Source: Candidatus Bathyarchaeota archaeon (GTDB lineage Archaea; Thermoproteota; Bathyarchaeia; TCS64). Taken from it: a stretch of 64,000 nt of DNA. Made by a program: the position numbers and the translations under genes. Where the stretch lies: NCBI GenBank assembly GCA_963771885.1, contig CAVYVF010000023.1, positions 416,001 to 480,000 of the forward strand. The letters are read 5' to 3'. Position 1 is the first letter of the stretch, and each line of letters begins with the position of its first letter. The notes beneath the pieces are model-generated. The model saw nothing but the letters and a program-made list of their open reading frames with translations. It was not told the DNA's origin and did no database searches. Below are positions 1-10,590 of the stretch, in pieces.

Positions 1-949
1 CTCATACAGACGGGGGTCGTCATCATACTCTGCGTTGGCTTCACCTTCACGTATATGGTTGAAAAGTTCCCCAATTTTGCGCACACGGCCCTCGCCACCT
101 TCGGGACAGTGCTGAGTTACACCCTCGTGAGGATACTTGGCTTCGACCCATACGTTGCTCTGCCTTTCTCCGTGTTGTTCTGCGGGCTGCTAAGTATGGG
201 GCTTTACTTGCTCATTGTGCGCCCGATAAAGGCAACTGGGGCGAGGGAGATCACGATGACCTTTGCTTTCTTCGCACTGGCTCAGGTCATGTCCTCCAGT
301 GGTCAACGTCTACAGTTACTGGTTCATGCTCAGTCAGGGGCACCCCACTCAGGGATTCAGTCTCGTCTCCTGGGACTTCAAGTACCAGGGCTACCCTGGC
401 GTGCTCCTAATCATACTTCCCTTATGCGCGGTCCTTGTTTTCTCGCTCTGGGTCTTCCTCACCAGAGTCAAGCAGGGCATCGCCTTCCGCGCCGTTGCTG
501 AGGACGAGGCGCTCGCAGCGAGCCTCGGCATAAACACCCCAAACGTTCACCTCCTAACATGGCTGCTCACCGGCGCGCTCGCCGGCCTCGCAGGCGGGCT
601 GATACCCCTCTGGAGGTACACGGGCCTCGGATATAACGACGAGTTTCTCATGCTCGTTATGGCTGGAAGCGTAGTGGGTGGAATAAACAGCGTAACAGGC
701 GCCGTCGTTGGCGGGCTACTCGCCGCCACCTCGCAGAAGGTGCTCGGTGCCCTCGCCATCGCCATCTACGGCGTCGACGCCTCCGCATACGAGTCCATCT
801 ACCCGACCATACTCATCGCAACCATACTCATGCTGCAGCCCGAGGGTATAATGGGCTTCTTCGGCCACTCCAACAACATCCTCGCCACGCTCAAGCGCAG
901 GTATGAACGTATCCGCGCTTCACCTACGAGAGTGACCCACGCCACTTAA
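1..949 (+). CDS. Branched-chain amino acid ABC transporter permease (LivH-like), 5'-truncated by window, one frameshift near 298
   Basis: Frame 1 gives LIQTGVVIILCVGFTFTYMVEKFPNFAH (NFAH motif); after TCC-A-GTG at 295-301 the next frame gives G.AFRAVAEDEALAASLGIN and LAGLAGGL, typical of LivH/LivM permeases. Confidence 0.85.
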
Positions 950-974
950 ATCCGGGGCCGAAACCTAGAAGGCG

Positions 975-2810
975 ATGCCCGAGCCGAGCGCAGGGTGGAG
1001 GAGCCTATTCCCCTACGATCCCTACCCCCAGCAGGTCGACTTCATGGGGGACACCGAGTCGACCCTCGGCTCAGGTGGCACACTAATCGCCGAGGCATGC
1101 AACGGCTTCGGAAAGACCGTCTCCGCCCTCAGCGCCCTCCTCCCCCTCGGAAAGCCCATCACATACGCTACACGCACCCACGACCAGGTGAGGCAGGTCC
1201 TCGCCGAGGTCGAGAAGATAAACACCCACGCCGGTACAGCTTACACCGCCGTCAACCTCGCGAGCAGGGACCACCTCTGCCTAAATCCAGACTGCCGAGG
1301 CAGGCCAAGCAGGGAGGCGCAGGAGCTCTGCGGGGTACTCCGGAAGGAGGAACGATGTCCATACCGATCCGAGTTCAATGACGCGCCAACCGGGTTACCG
1401 CGAGTCCTCTCAGTTGACACCCTCGTCTCGACGGGGCGCCGCGCGAGGCTCTGCCCCTACTTCCTCGCCCGCCGCGTCGCCAAGACTCGGAGCCTCACGG
1501 TCTGCCCCTACCCCTACGTCTTCGACCACAAGATCAGAATGATGACCGGACTCGACCTAGAGGGTCGTCTGCTCGTCCTCGACGAGGGACACAACGCCGA
1601 TCAGGTGGGGCAGGAGACGCTTAGTGACACCCTCAGCGACAGGAGCCTCGCAGCCGCCTCGGACGAACTCAAGTCCATTGGCATGAACAGGGCTCCTCTG
1701 AGGCGGCTGGAGGACCACCTCGCCGAGGTCATCGGGGACGAGCCTACACTTGTCAAGGCGGAGGATGCATACGACAATGTGGCCCACGCCCTAGGCGGAG
1801 ATCTCATCGCCTTCACCGAGAACCACGCACCCGCCGTCGAGGCGATAAGGGGTAGGAAGGAGAAGGCCGGAGAGCCACCCCTCAGCTACCTGAATGGCGT
1901 CCTCGGCTTCCTCGAGCTGCTGATGGAGAGCAGGAAGGACAAGTACGTCGCCATCTATCAGAAGGCTAGCTACGGGTCGAACATGCTCGAGTACAGGTGT
2001 CTAGACCCAAGCCTAGCAATACGCCCAATCGTCGACTCCGCCGCGGGCACACTGATAATGTCTGGCACACTCAGCCCCCTGCCTCTCTTCGCCGAGGTCA
2101 TCGGGCTCAACAGGGCCCAGCTGCGCAGCTACCCCGCAATACAGACGAGTGACAAGATCAAGATGACGATAGACCCCAGCGTCACAACTACATACCGCGA
2201 TAGAGGGCCTGAGATGCAAAAAAAGATAGGGTCAGCAGTCGCCGCCGCCCTCAAGGGAGTCCCGAACGGGGCACTCGTCTTCTTCCCACAACGCACACTC
2301 ATGGAGAACAGCCTCGAGGCGTGGACGCAGGCGGGACTCATACAAGTCAGCGGTGGCAGGCCCTACCTTGCCGGTAAGCTACTTTTCAGGGAGGGGCGTG
2401 ATGCTAAGGCGAATCAGGACACTGTCGCACGCTACAAGGCAGCGGCGGTGACACCTCAGGGCGCTGTTCTAACATGCGTCTTCCGCGGCAGGAACTCGGA
2501 GGGGAGCAACTTCCCCGACGACCAGTGCCGCGGCATAGCTCTCGTTGGCGTCCCATACGCCAACTACGGGGATCCCCTAGTCCGCGCTCAGATTGCCTAC
2601 TATGACAGGAGGAGCATGGGCCTCGGCCACAGGTGGTACACGATGGACGCCTTCCGGGCCGCAAACCAAGCCCTCGGCAGGGGCATCAGGAGCCGCGAGG
2701 ACTGGTGCCACTACTGGCTCCTCGACCAGCGGTACGCCCAGCACAGCGACCTAATAAGCGCGTGGGCGAAAGGTGCGGGGCCCACTATAGTCGAACCCGA
2801 GACGCTATAA
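975..2810 (+). CDS. xpd: XPD/Rad3/DinG-family Fe-S DNA helicase
   Basis: Walker A EACNGFGKT, Fe-S cysteines (CLNP..C, LC, CPY), DEGHN, MSGTLSP, QALGRGIR motif VI. Confidence 0.9.
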   Translation: MPEPSAGWRSLFPYDPYPQQVDFMGDTESTLGSGGTLIAEACNGFGKTVSALSALLPLGKPITYATRTHDQVRQVLAEVEKINTHAGTAYTAVNLASRDHLCLNPDCRGRPSREAQELCGVLRKEERCPYRSEFNDAPTGLPRVLSVDTLVSTGRRARLCPYFLARRVAKTRSLTVCPYPYVFDHKIRMMTGLDLEGRLLVLDEGHNADQVGQETLSDTLSDRSLAAASDELKSIGMNRAPLRRLEDHLAEVIGDEPTLVKAEDAYDNVAHALGGDLIAFTENHAPAVEAIRGRKEKAGEPPLSYLNGVLGFLELLMESRKDKYVAIYQKASYGSNMLEYRCLDPSLAIRPIVDSAAGTLIMSGTLSPLPLFAEVIGLNRAQLRSYPAIQTSDKIKMTIDPSVTTTYRDRGPEMQKKIGSAVAAALKGVPNGALVFFPQRTLMENSLEAWTQAGLIQVSGGRPYLAGKLLFREGRDAKANQDTVARYKAAAVTPQGAVLTCVFRGRNSEGSNFPDDQCRGIALVGVPYANYGDPLVRAQIAYYDRRSMGLGHRWYTMDAFRAANQALGRGIRSREDWCHYWLLDQRYAQHSDLISAWAKGAGPTIVEPETL

Positions 2811-2840
2811 ACGCCGCCGGGCACCATAACTCGAAGTATT

Positions 2841-4028
2841 ATGCCCACACTGGACGAGGCACTCGGGATGATAAGCCGCGAAGAGGTCGTCGAGACGGCG
2901 AAGAGGCTCATACGTGTCCCCAGCATCACGGGGGACGAGAGGAAGGTCGTGCTCCTAGCCCGCGATATAATCGAGAGCTTAGGGATCGAGACGCGCCTTT
3001 ATGGAACCGAGGAGCGTCCAATACTCACAGCGACTCTAAATCCCGAGGCGAAGCGCCTCGTTGCTTTCAACGGTCACCTCGACGTGGTCCCCCCCGCCAG
3101 CCTCGACGCCTGGAGTGGTGACCCTTGGAATCCACAGCTCATCGGCAACAATCTCACCGGGAGGGGGAGCTGCGACATGAAGTCCGCCTGTGCTGTGATG
3201 ATACACGTGGCGGGCATAATCAATGAGCAAAAGCTACCCCTCGGCGTGGCGCTGCACCTCGTGCCCGATGAGGAGAAGGGGGCGGCGCACGGCACCAAGG
3301 TGCTGATCGAGGAGATGAAGAGGGGGAATCTGCGTCGCCCAGACTACGTCGTCATAGGGGAGAAGAGCAACCTCAAGCTTCGTGTCGCCGAGCGAGGTGG
3401 TTGGAGCTTCAAGATCAAGTTCAAAGGAAGGGCGTCTCACACAGCCTTCGCGCGGGTTGACGGGATAAACGCCATAGCAAAGGCGTCGAAAGGTGTGCTA
3501 GCGTTGGAGAAGCACATCGATAAATGGCACCCGTGGATCGGCGCCCCTGTTCTCAGCGTCAACTCGGTACAGGCTGGCACAGCGGGCAACCAGGTCCCAG
3601 ACGAGTGCACTATAAGTATCGACCGTCGCCTCATCCCCGGTGAGACTCCCGACACAGTAGCCGCAGAGGTAAAGCAGATCCTCGACGAGGCGGGTAGAGG
3701 AGACTCCGACTGGCGCTGGGAGATAGACGCGCCTAAGGACGGCCACGGCAATTGGATCTTCAACCCTGCCAACTTCACCGACCCAGACACCGAGCTCGGA
3801 ACAGCCTTCAAAGCGGCGGTGAAGGCAGCCCTAGGAAAGGAGGCCGAGCTCTTCGTCGAGTGGGCGGGCGGGACGGACGGCGCATACTACCGCGAAGCCG
3901 GAATACCCACGATAGGCTTTGGCCCCACCGGCGAGCACATGCATGGGCCAAACGAGCTCGTCTATGTAGACACACTCATCGACCAGGCGCGCGTCTATGT
4001 CGCCCTCGCCCTCCAGCTCTCCAAGTAA
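2841..4028 (+). CDS. M20 family metallopeptidase (ArgE/DapE-like)
   Basis: NGHLDVVP, GRGSCDMK, DEE, GGTD, HGPNE motifs. Confidence 0.9.
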   Translation: MPTLDEALGMISREEVVETAKRLIRVPSITGDERKVVLLARDIIESLGIETRLYGTEERPILTATLNPEAKRLVAFNGHLDVVPPASLDAWSGDPWNPQLIGNNLTGRGSCDMKSACAVMIHVAGIINEQKLPLGVALHLVPDEEKGAAHGTKVLIEEMKRGNLRRPDYVVIGEKSNLKLRVAERGGWSFKIKFKGRASHTAFARVDGINAIAKASKGVLALEKHIDKWHPWIGAPVLSVNSVQAGTAGNQVPDECTISIDRRLIPGETPDTVAAEVKQILDEAGRGDSDWRWEIDAPKDGHGNWIFNPANFTDPDTELGTAFKAAVKAALGKEAELFVEWAGGTDGAYYREAGIPTIGFGPTGEHMHGPNELVYVDTLIDQARVYVALALQLSK

Positions 4029-4136
4029 GATCGACCATGGGAAAGTATCACACCGTGCGCGCTCTACACACTGGAAGCGCGTCCCGGAGTGACCCCATCG
4101 CTTTTAGGCTCATACCCCTATATGTTATCGAGAACG

Positions 4137-5027
4137 ATGCCCAAGCCAGCCATACCCGAAGCACCTGAGGCGTTTAGTCTATTTGGAGAACCTCTTAATC
4201 AGCAACCCCCTCGCCCTGAGGTCGTGGAGATGCAGAAAACCCTCTACGAGAAGGCGCTAAGAGACTGGGAGAAGAACCCAAACGATGCCGAAGCCATTAT
4301 TTGGCTTGGGAGGCGCACAGCCTACCTCGGACGCATAAGGGAGGCGGCTGCTATCTTCAGCAAGGGGATAGAAGTGCACCCCGAGGACTCGCGGATGTAC
4401 CGCCACAGGGGCCACCGATTCCTCAGTCTCCGCCTATTCGACCAGGCGATCGACGACCTCGAGAAGGCGGCGGAGCTCATCGAGGGGAAGCCGGACGAGG
4501 TCGAGCCTGACGGCATCCCGAACGAGCGGGGCATCCCCGTAAGCAGCCTCCAATTCAACATCTGGTACCATCTGGGTCTCGCGTACTACCTTATAGGCGA
4601 CTACGAGTCCGCCCTCAGCTGTTACGAGGACTGTCTCAAGGTGAGTGAGATACCCGACAAGCTCGTCGCTACGGTGCACTGGACATATATGACCCTCCGC
4701 CTCCTCGAGCGCAAGGAGGAAGCCGATGAGCTGATCAACCCGATCACCGCGGATATGGATATCATCGAGAATCAGCACTACCACCGGCTCCTCCTCATGT
4801 ACAAGGGGGATACGACACCCGATGAGGTCATGAAGGAGGCGAGAAAGCAGGGACCTCTCGCCGTGGCGACGGTCGGCTATGGCGTCGGCAACTGGTACCT
4901 CTATAACGCGAAAGAGGAAAAGGCAGTCGAGGTCTACAATGAGATACTCGACACCCGCGGCTGGTCGGGCTTCGGATACATCGCCGCCGAGGCTGACCTC
5001 AAGTGGCTCAGCCTACCGAAGGAGTAA
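4137..5027 (+). CDS. Tetratricopeptide-repeat protein
   Basis: Repeated TPR helices (IWLGRRTAYLG, YRHRGHRF, WYHLGLAYYLIGDY); ATG at 4137 preferred over upstream GTG. Confidence 0.8.
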   Translation: MPKPAIPEAPEAFSLFGEPLNQQPPRPEVVEMQKTLYEKALRDWEKNPNDAEAIIWLGRRTAYLGRIREAAAIFSKGIEVHPEDSRMYRHRGHRFLSLRLFDQAIDDLEKAAELIEGKPDEVEPDGIPNERGIPVSSLQFNIWYHLGLAYYLIGDYESALSCYEDCLKVSEIPDKLVATVHWTYMTLRLLERKEEADELINPITADMDIIENQHYHRLLLMYKGDTTPDEVMKEARKQGPLAVATVGYGVGNWYLYNAKEEKAVEVYNEILDTRGWSGFGYIAAEADLKWLSLPKE

Positions 5028-6201
5028 CCCTATTTCTCAGGAAGAGTGACATCGAGACGACCGCAGCGCTCGCTGTCACCATACTGTACAATGAGGCAGC
5101 CGACGATCCATAACTGTTCCACAGCCACCCAGTAGCAGCGTTGCTGATGAAGAACGACACTCCAACGACCAAATAGTAAACACCATAAGCTGTACCCCTC
5201 AACCCCGTCTTAGCGTAGTGAGGCACCATCGCTCTCTGCACCGTCTCGACGACGCCTTGATACAGGCCATAGACGGCCGCGATGACGTAGGCGAGGAATA
5301 GACTCCTCGAGCCAAGAAAGATCAGGGTGGTGGAGGTGAGGAATAAGATATAGCCGCCTGCGAGCACTTTCTCCTTGCCTATTCTATCTGACAGCCTCCC
5401 TGCTGGTATGGCTATGAGCGTATGCGCTACGTTAACTAAGGCGTAGACGACGGGGATTAGATCCGCCCCAACTCCGAGGTCTTGGGCGTTAAGAAGGATG
5501 AAGCTGAAGTTGAAGGCACCCACGCTGAACAAGGCGACGACGATGAGCAGCCTCCTATAGTCGGCTGTAAGTGTGTCCCTTATCCCCTTCAGTAGCTCGA
5601 ATTTGGCGCTAGCCTTCGGGATCGTCTCCTTCACGAAGAAAACGAGGATGATGAGGGCGATCGCCCCCGGGATGAAGCTGATCCAGAATATGTCCCTCAC
5701 AGTGTAGCCGAGGAAGATGAGCAACCCTGAGGCGAGGAGGGGGCCTACGATGGCGCCGGACTGGTCGAGGGTGCGGTGCAGCCCAAAGGCGGCGCCGCTC
5801 CTCTCACTCGAAACAGATTCGCTGATCAATGCGTCCCGAGGGGCGGTCCTTATCCCCTTCCCAACCCTGTCCCCGACCCTTACCCACAGCGTATCCCACG
5901 CCGTCGAGGCGACCGCGAAGAAAGGCTTCACGACGTTGCTGAACCCGTACCCAATAAGTACGAGGAGCTTTCTCCTCCTGAACTTGTCGCTCCAGAACCC
6001 TGAGACGGAGCGGAGGCTGTAGCTGAGAGCCTCCGCGACGCCTTCGATGAGACCGAGGAATGCGGGGCTCGACCCTGGCAGGCTCAGGATGAAGACGGGG
6101 AGGACGCTAAAGACCATCTCGCTAGAGATGTCCGTGAAAAAGCTGACGAGCCCGAGGGCGTAGATGTTACGCATCCCACCCTTCTCTTTCTCTGAGGACA
6201 C
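5008..6201 (-). CDS. MFS transporter
   Basis: About 12 TM segments, motif A (GFWSDKFRRRK; GRLSDRIGKEK), RVGKGIRTAPRDALI. Confidence 0.9.
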   Translation of the reverse strand: MSSEKEKGGMRNIYALGLVSFFTDISSEMVFSVLPVFILSLPGSSPAFLGLIEGVAEALSYSLRSVSGFWSDKFRRRKLLVLIGYGFSNVVKPFFAVASTAWDTLWVRVGDRVGKGIRTAPRDALISESVSSERSGAAFGLHRTLDQSGAIVGPLLASGLLIFLGYTVRDIFWISFIPGAIALIILVFFVKETIPKASAKFELLKGIRDTLTADYRRLLIVVALFSVGAFNFSFILLNAQDLGVGADLIPVVYALVNVAHTLIAIPAGRLSDRIGKEKVLAGGYILFLTSTTLIFLGSRSLFLAYVIAAVYGLYQGVVETVQRAMVPHYAKTGLRGTAYGVYYLVVGVSFFISNAATGWLWNSYGSSAASLYSMVTASAAVVSMSLFLRNRVTPSVG

Positions 6202-6289
6202 ACCAGACTCGATGCCTTGGGTCTATTTACGCCTGTGGACCAAATTCGATAAGTAACCTATGAGCCCTGTATGGTCTTGGGGACGCACC

Positions 6290-6466
6290 GTGAAGAGCAG
6301 GGAGACCTATTCGAGAGACTACATAGACTCGGCGAAAAGACTGGGGATCGACCTAGAGATTCCGACGCAGCATATTACGAAGACGGCGGAAGCTGCATGG
6401 GCGGTCGATAATTTTCCGATCGAACCCGGAGACGAGCCAGCCAAGGAAAGTCCCACGAGGAGGTAA
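6290..6466 (+). CDS. Small protein upstream of amidase, possible AtzG/GatC-like accessory subunit
   Basis: 58-aa ORF ending 1 nt before the amidase start; A..LGIDL and C-terminal FPIEPGDEPA resemble AtzG-like proteins (inference). Confidence 0.5.
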   Translation: MKSRETYSRDYIDSAKRLGIDLEIPTQHITKTAEAAWAVDNFPIEPGDEPAKESPTRR

Positions 6467-6467
6467 A

Positions 6468-7772
6468 GTGATGACGGAGCCCCACCAGCTAACTGTCGCT
6501 CAGGCCGCCAAGAAGATTAGGCTCGACCAGTTGACTCCTCTTGAACTCGTGGATTCCCTCCTCGCGAGAATCGAGGAGTTGGAGCCCAAACTCGATGCAT
6601 GGGTTACAGTTGACGCTGAAGGCGCCCGAAAGACAGCGAAGACATTGACCGCAGAGGCTAAGAGAGGAAAACTTAGAGGGCCTCTCCACGGTATCCCCGT
6701 CGGCATCAAAGACATCTACGACACAAAGGGGCTCAAGACCACGATGGGGTCCCCCCTCTTCGCCAACAACGTCCCGAATACGGACTCAGCAGTCGTGGCG
6801 CGCCTCAGGGAGGCCGGCGCCATTATACTCGGGAAGACCGAGACCACCGAGTTCGCCTACCTCGACCCAGCCCCAACAAGGAACCCCTGGAACACTGAGC
6901 ACACCCCCGGGGGCTCGAGCAGCGGCTCCGCTGCGGCGGTCTCGGCACAGATGTGCGCCCTCGCCTTTGGCACACAGACCGGAGGCTCGGTCATGCGCCC
7001 CGCCTCCTTTTGCGGCATCACCGCAATCAAGCCAACCCACGACTTGCTGAGCAGGGAGGGGATCTACCCCCAGTCCTGGAGCCTCGACCACGCTGGCTTC
7101 ATGGCGAGGAGCGTCGAGGACCTGAGGCTAACCCTCGGGGCGCTCACAGGCGCCGAGTTCAAAACGAAGGTGCGGAAGCCCAGATTAGGTATCCCCACCA
7201 CGTACTTCAAAGAGGCGGGAACCAAAGAGGTCACGGTGAACTACGAGGACGCCGTGGCGAAGCTCAGGGGCGCTGGAGCCGAGGTAATCGACTTCAAGCT
7301 TCCCGAGTCGTTCAATGTGATCCACTCCGCCCATAGGATAATCATGTTCGCCGAGGCCGCTGCGGTCCACGAGGCGAAGTTCAGGGAGAACCCGCGACTC
7401 TACCGCCCCCATATGCAAGGCGAGGTCTACTCGGGGCTCATTATCCCCTCCTCTACATACCTGCATGCCCAGAGAATACGAGGCAAGTTCAGAAGCGAGC
7501 TAACTGTCTCCATGGAAGATGTAGACGCGCTGCTCATACCCTCGGCGCCAACACCGGCGTTAAAGGGGCTCGCGTCGACAGGGGATGCTGCGTTCAACGC
7601 CCCGTGGAGCCTCGCCGGGTTCCCAACAGTGACAATACCCTCAGGCTTAACCGGAGACTGCCTACCTCTAGGGGTTCAGCTAATAGCGAAGCCGTACGAG
7701 GAGGCGAAACTACTCGGGGACGCAGCCTGGTGCGAATCTGCTCTGTCCTTCAAAGCGGAGCCGCCGCTCTAG
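6468..7772 (+). CDS. Amidase signature family enzyme
   Basis: GPLHGIPVGIKD, GGSSSGSAAAV, GTQTGGSV (Ser-cisSer-Lys triad). Confidence 0.93.
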   Translation: MMTEPHQLTVAQAAKKIRLDQLTPLELVDSLLARIEELEPKLDAWVTVDAEGARKTAKTLTAEAKRGKLRGPLHGIPVGIKDIYDTKGLKTTMGSPLFANNVPNTDSAVVARLREAGAIILGKTETTEFAYLDPAPTRNPWNTEHTPGGSSSGSAAAVSAQMCALAFGTQTGGSVMRPASFCGITAIKPTHDLLSREGIYPQSWSLDHAGFMARSVEDLRLTLGALTGAEFKTKVRKPRLGIPTTYFKEAGTKEVTVNYEDAVAKLRGAGAEVIDFKLPESFNVIHSAHRIIMFAEAAAVHEAKFRENPRLYRPHMQGEVYSGLIIPSSTYLHAQRIRGKFRSELTVSMEDVDALLIPSAPTPALKGLASTGDAAFNAPWSLAGFPTVTIPSGLTGDCLPLGVQLIAKPYEEAKLLGDAAWCESALSFKAEPPL

Positions 7773-8614
7773 CCGACTGTCTTTATCTCTCTGCCGTTCT
7801 CGATGGCGACGAGTTCGACGTACTTCGACAGTCCCGATGTCTCAACCTTTTTCCCTATGACCTCCTCGATCTGGAAGACACCCGCGGGGTTATCCATATA
7901 GATCCTTATTGAGACTGGCTTGTCGTCACCAACTGCGATATCAACCCTCTTTATCGAGATTGCGGAGAGGCTGTGCATGTCCACCTTCCCACCCTTGTAG
8001 GGTATACGGGCGCGCCCCTCCGCCATGTCCGTGCCGTCCGCCACCTTAGCGCAACCCGCCTCGATGCTCAACGCCTTGATCGGGTCCTCGTGTGCATATA
8101 TCGCGTGAAGAGTCTCGCACTTCAACTTCATGACGAGCTCTGGAGACTCTGCATAAACTGTGGAATAGATCCTATCGAGGATCGGGGCTGCTAGGTAACA
8201 GCTATGCATGATGTGTTCAGTTCTGTGGACGCTGTTGCCGATGTCGTGGAGGTAGCTACCCACCATGGCAACTAGTTTCGCCCCCTCAATGTCGCAGATG
8301 CCGTTAGCGACCGTCGTCGGCTCCACCACGCGGGAGATATGGTCTAAGATCTCAAGACTGCTCCCCGCCGCGATACGCGCGTGAACAGGGCCGTGGTCGT
8401 TGTAGTTTAGACGCTTCACCACCATCTCGTTAGACATACGTAGGTGGGCCTGGACCTCAGCATCGCCCTCGAGGATGTCGAAGACACGGCGCACACGCGG
8501 CTCCGCGAGGTGGCTGAATATGAGCCTGTTTGAGACAGTAACCATTTGGCATCCGATGTGAATAGGCGCGTCGAGCCATAAACATCTATCTGGGTCACGC
8601 GACGAGGGGTACAA
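7769..8614 (-). CDS. HD-domain metal-dependent phosphohydrolase
   Basis: YNDHGPVH, YLHDIGN, H..H, KVADGTDM; true start may be downstream of the ORF start. Confidence 0.85.
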   Translation of the reverse strand: MYPSSRDPDRCLWLDAPIHIGCQMVTVSNRLIFSHLAEPRVRRVFDILEGDAEVQAHLRMSNEMVVKRLNYNDHGPVHARIAAGSSLEILDHISRVVEPTTVANGICDIEGAKLVAMVGSYLHDIGNSVHRTEHIMHSCYLAAPILDRIYSTVYAESPELVMKLKCETLHAIYAHEDPIKALSIEAGCAKVADGTDMAEGRARIPYKGGKVDMHSLSAISIKRVDIAVGDDKPVSIRIYMDNPAGVFQIEEVIGKKVETSGLSKYVELVAIENGREIKTVG

Positions 8615-9647
8615 GCAGAACCGCTGAGACGAAGGCTAACAGTCCCGCCGTCACTGCGATTGTCGCAGCTAGGATAATCGGCTTAGGCCCCAGCTTGAGT
8701 ATGCTACTGAAGCTCACCTTCGACCCCACGCCGGCGAACGCCGTCGCGAAAGTGAATGGGAGGATCGTGCTTGAGAAGTAAGCCTTAATGGCGACCCAGT
8801 CGACTCCCGCTCCGAGAAGCTGCGCCACGTTGAGGTCAAGGAAAGCGCACACTATTGAGCCGATTGTAAAGGCAACCGCAAAGAGAGGCACTGTGAATTT
8901 CGCCTTTCCGCTCCCTCCCTCACAGCGCTGGCAGTACCATGACATGGCGAAGACGACTGGCCCAATCATGAATATCCTCACCGACTTGATCAACATCGCT
9001 GTCTGGACCACTGAGGCGTCCACGGCCCCCGCAGCAGCTATCACCTGCGCAGTCTCGTGTATGCCCGCCCCTACCCACACACCGTAGGCGTCCAGACTAC
9101 CTCCTAACAACCCGTTAACTGGCGTACTCAGGAAGAGGAACGGGTACAGGAGCATCGAGATGAGTCCAAATAGTGTAATTCCGGACACAGCCAGCCCAGC
9201 CTCCTCCTCCTTAGCGTTGACCGCGGGGGTGAGCGCAGCGATCGCAGAGGCCCCGCAGATCGCTGTCCCGGCGCCGATGAGTGCAGCCAACCGTCTGTCG
9301 AGCCCAAGTCTCCCCCCGAGCCATAGGCTCAAGCCTAGAGCAGCAAAGATGACGGCGAATGCCGCGACGACGCCGACGCCCACACGCGTCCAGATGAGTG
9401 CACTCGTTACGAAGCCGAGCACCGCCACTCCCAAGCGAAGCAGTTGCCCAGAGCAGAAGCCAACACCGCTCTTGAACGCACTGCGAAGACCCATTGTGTT
9501 CGCAACAAGTATCCCGAAAATGAAAGCCCAGAGCATCGGGCTTACGGGCTTATAGTATCCCCATATCAGGAAGGAGATTGAGGCGATGCCTATACAGTAG
9601 ACGAATCCGGGTAAAGCAGCTGTTACTCCCCTAGACGATGCGACCAA
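8595..9647 (-). CDS. YeiH/putative sulfate exporter family membrane protein
   Basis: LLRLGVAVLG, GTAICGASAI, GIHETAQV, K..R motifs. Confidence 0.9.
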   Translation of the reverse strand: MVASSRGVTAALPGFVYCIGIASISFLIWGYYKPVSPMLWAFIFGILVANTMGLRSAFKSGVGFCSGQLLRLGVAVLGFVTSALIWTRVGVGVVAAFAVIFAALGLSLWLGGRLGLDRRLAALIGAGTAICGASAIAALTPAVNAKEEEAGLAVSGITLFGLISMLLYPFLFLSTPVNGLLGGSLDAYGVWVGAGIHETAQVIAAAGAVDASVVQTAMLIKSVRIFMIGPVVFAMSWYCQRCEGGSGKAKFTVPLFAVAFTIGSIVCAFLDLNVAQLLGAGVDWVAIKAYFSSTILPFTFATAFAGVGSKVSFSSILKLGPKPIILAATIAVTAGLLAFVSAVLLVPLVA

Positions 9648-9689
9648 TAGGCACCTCCACTTCCGTTCGGACTTCTAAAGATTTCTCAG

Positions 9690-10454
9690 CTACTTAATGG
9701 GCAAGTATATCGTGAAGGTCGTTCCCTTTCCCGTCTCGGTTTCGAACGAGATCGACCCGCCCATCGCCTCAAGGTTCCTCTTGGCCGCGGCGAGAGCTAG
9801 ACCATAGCCGCCCCTCTTCTTCGCGCCGAAGGCGATGAAAACCTTGCTGCGGATCGCCTCAGGGATGCCCGAGCCGGTGTCGCTTATGCGAACCAAAATG
9901 TTCCCTCCGTCAACATATGAAGAGACCGTTAAATTACCACCGTTCGGCATAGCCTCAACGGCGTTTTTAATTAGGACAGCGAAGTCCCGCTTAATTTTTC
10001 CTAGGTCAAGCATTGTGTCAGGTATTGCGGGGTCGAGGCTCTTCGAGACGACTATGCCCCCGGGCACCATGACGTCCTCAAAGCTCTTCTCGATGATCTT
10101 GTTGACGTTTCCCTTCATCAACATTATCTCGTGGCCGCGATAGTATTCCCTGAAGGCGTCGAGAATCCCGGTTGCCTGCTTGAGGGCATCTCCAATCTTC
10201 GGGTAGTAAGTCGTGTCCCCGGGCTTTCGCTCCATCAGAAACAGACTATTAGTTATAATTTGGAGGGGTCCCCTTAGGTCGTGGGCGAGTTCCGATGAGA
10301 CGCGGGTCATCTCCGCTTGGAATTCCGCCTTCGCGACCTCACGCACCCGTTCGTCTATCGAGTCCTTTAGCTCAGCGTACCTCTTCTCGCTCTCAGCAAG
10401 GGCACACCGAAGTTCCTCAATCGACTGTGCCTCCGTCATGCCCATTCCCAGCAT
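9690..10454 (-). CDS. Cytoplasmic histidine kinase (HisKA + HATPase_c), no evident sensor domain
   Basis: LAHDLRGPL H-box, KNAVEAM N-box, DTGSGI, GYGLAL, GKGTTF. Confidence 0.9.
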   Translation of the reverse strand: MLGMGMTEAQSIEELRCALAESEKRYAELKDSIDERVREVAKAEFQAEMTRVSSELAHDLRGPLQIITNSLFLMERKPGDTTYYPKIGDALKQATGILDAFREYYRGHEIMLMKGNVNKIIEKSFEDVMVPGGIVVSKSLDPAIPDTMLDLGKIKRDFAVLIKNAVEAMPNGGNLTVSSYVDGGNILVRISDTGSGIPEAIRSKVFIAFGAKKRGGYGLALAAAKRNLEAMGGSISFETETGKGTTFTIYLPIK

Positions 10455-10590
10455 TCTATAGGCGCGAGAAAGGGTATATCCCTCTTTTGGATTTGAAGCA
10501 CGATAACCCTTAAACCGGAGCTCTAGGTGATTCTAACCCACCCATCGGGGGTCGGAACTCCTGAGTAAGAAACAGTCGGCGTCTGCATCA

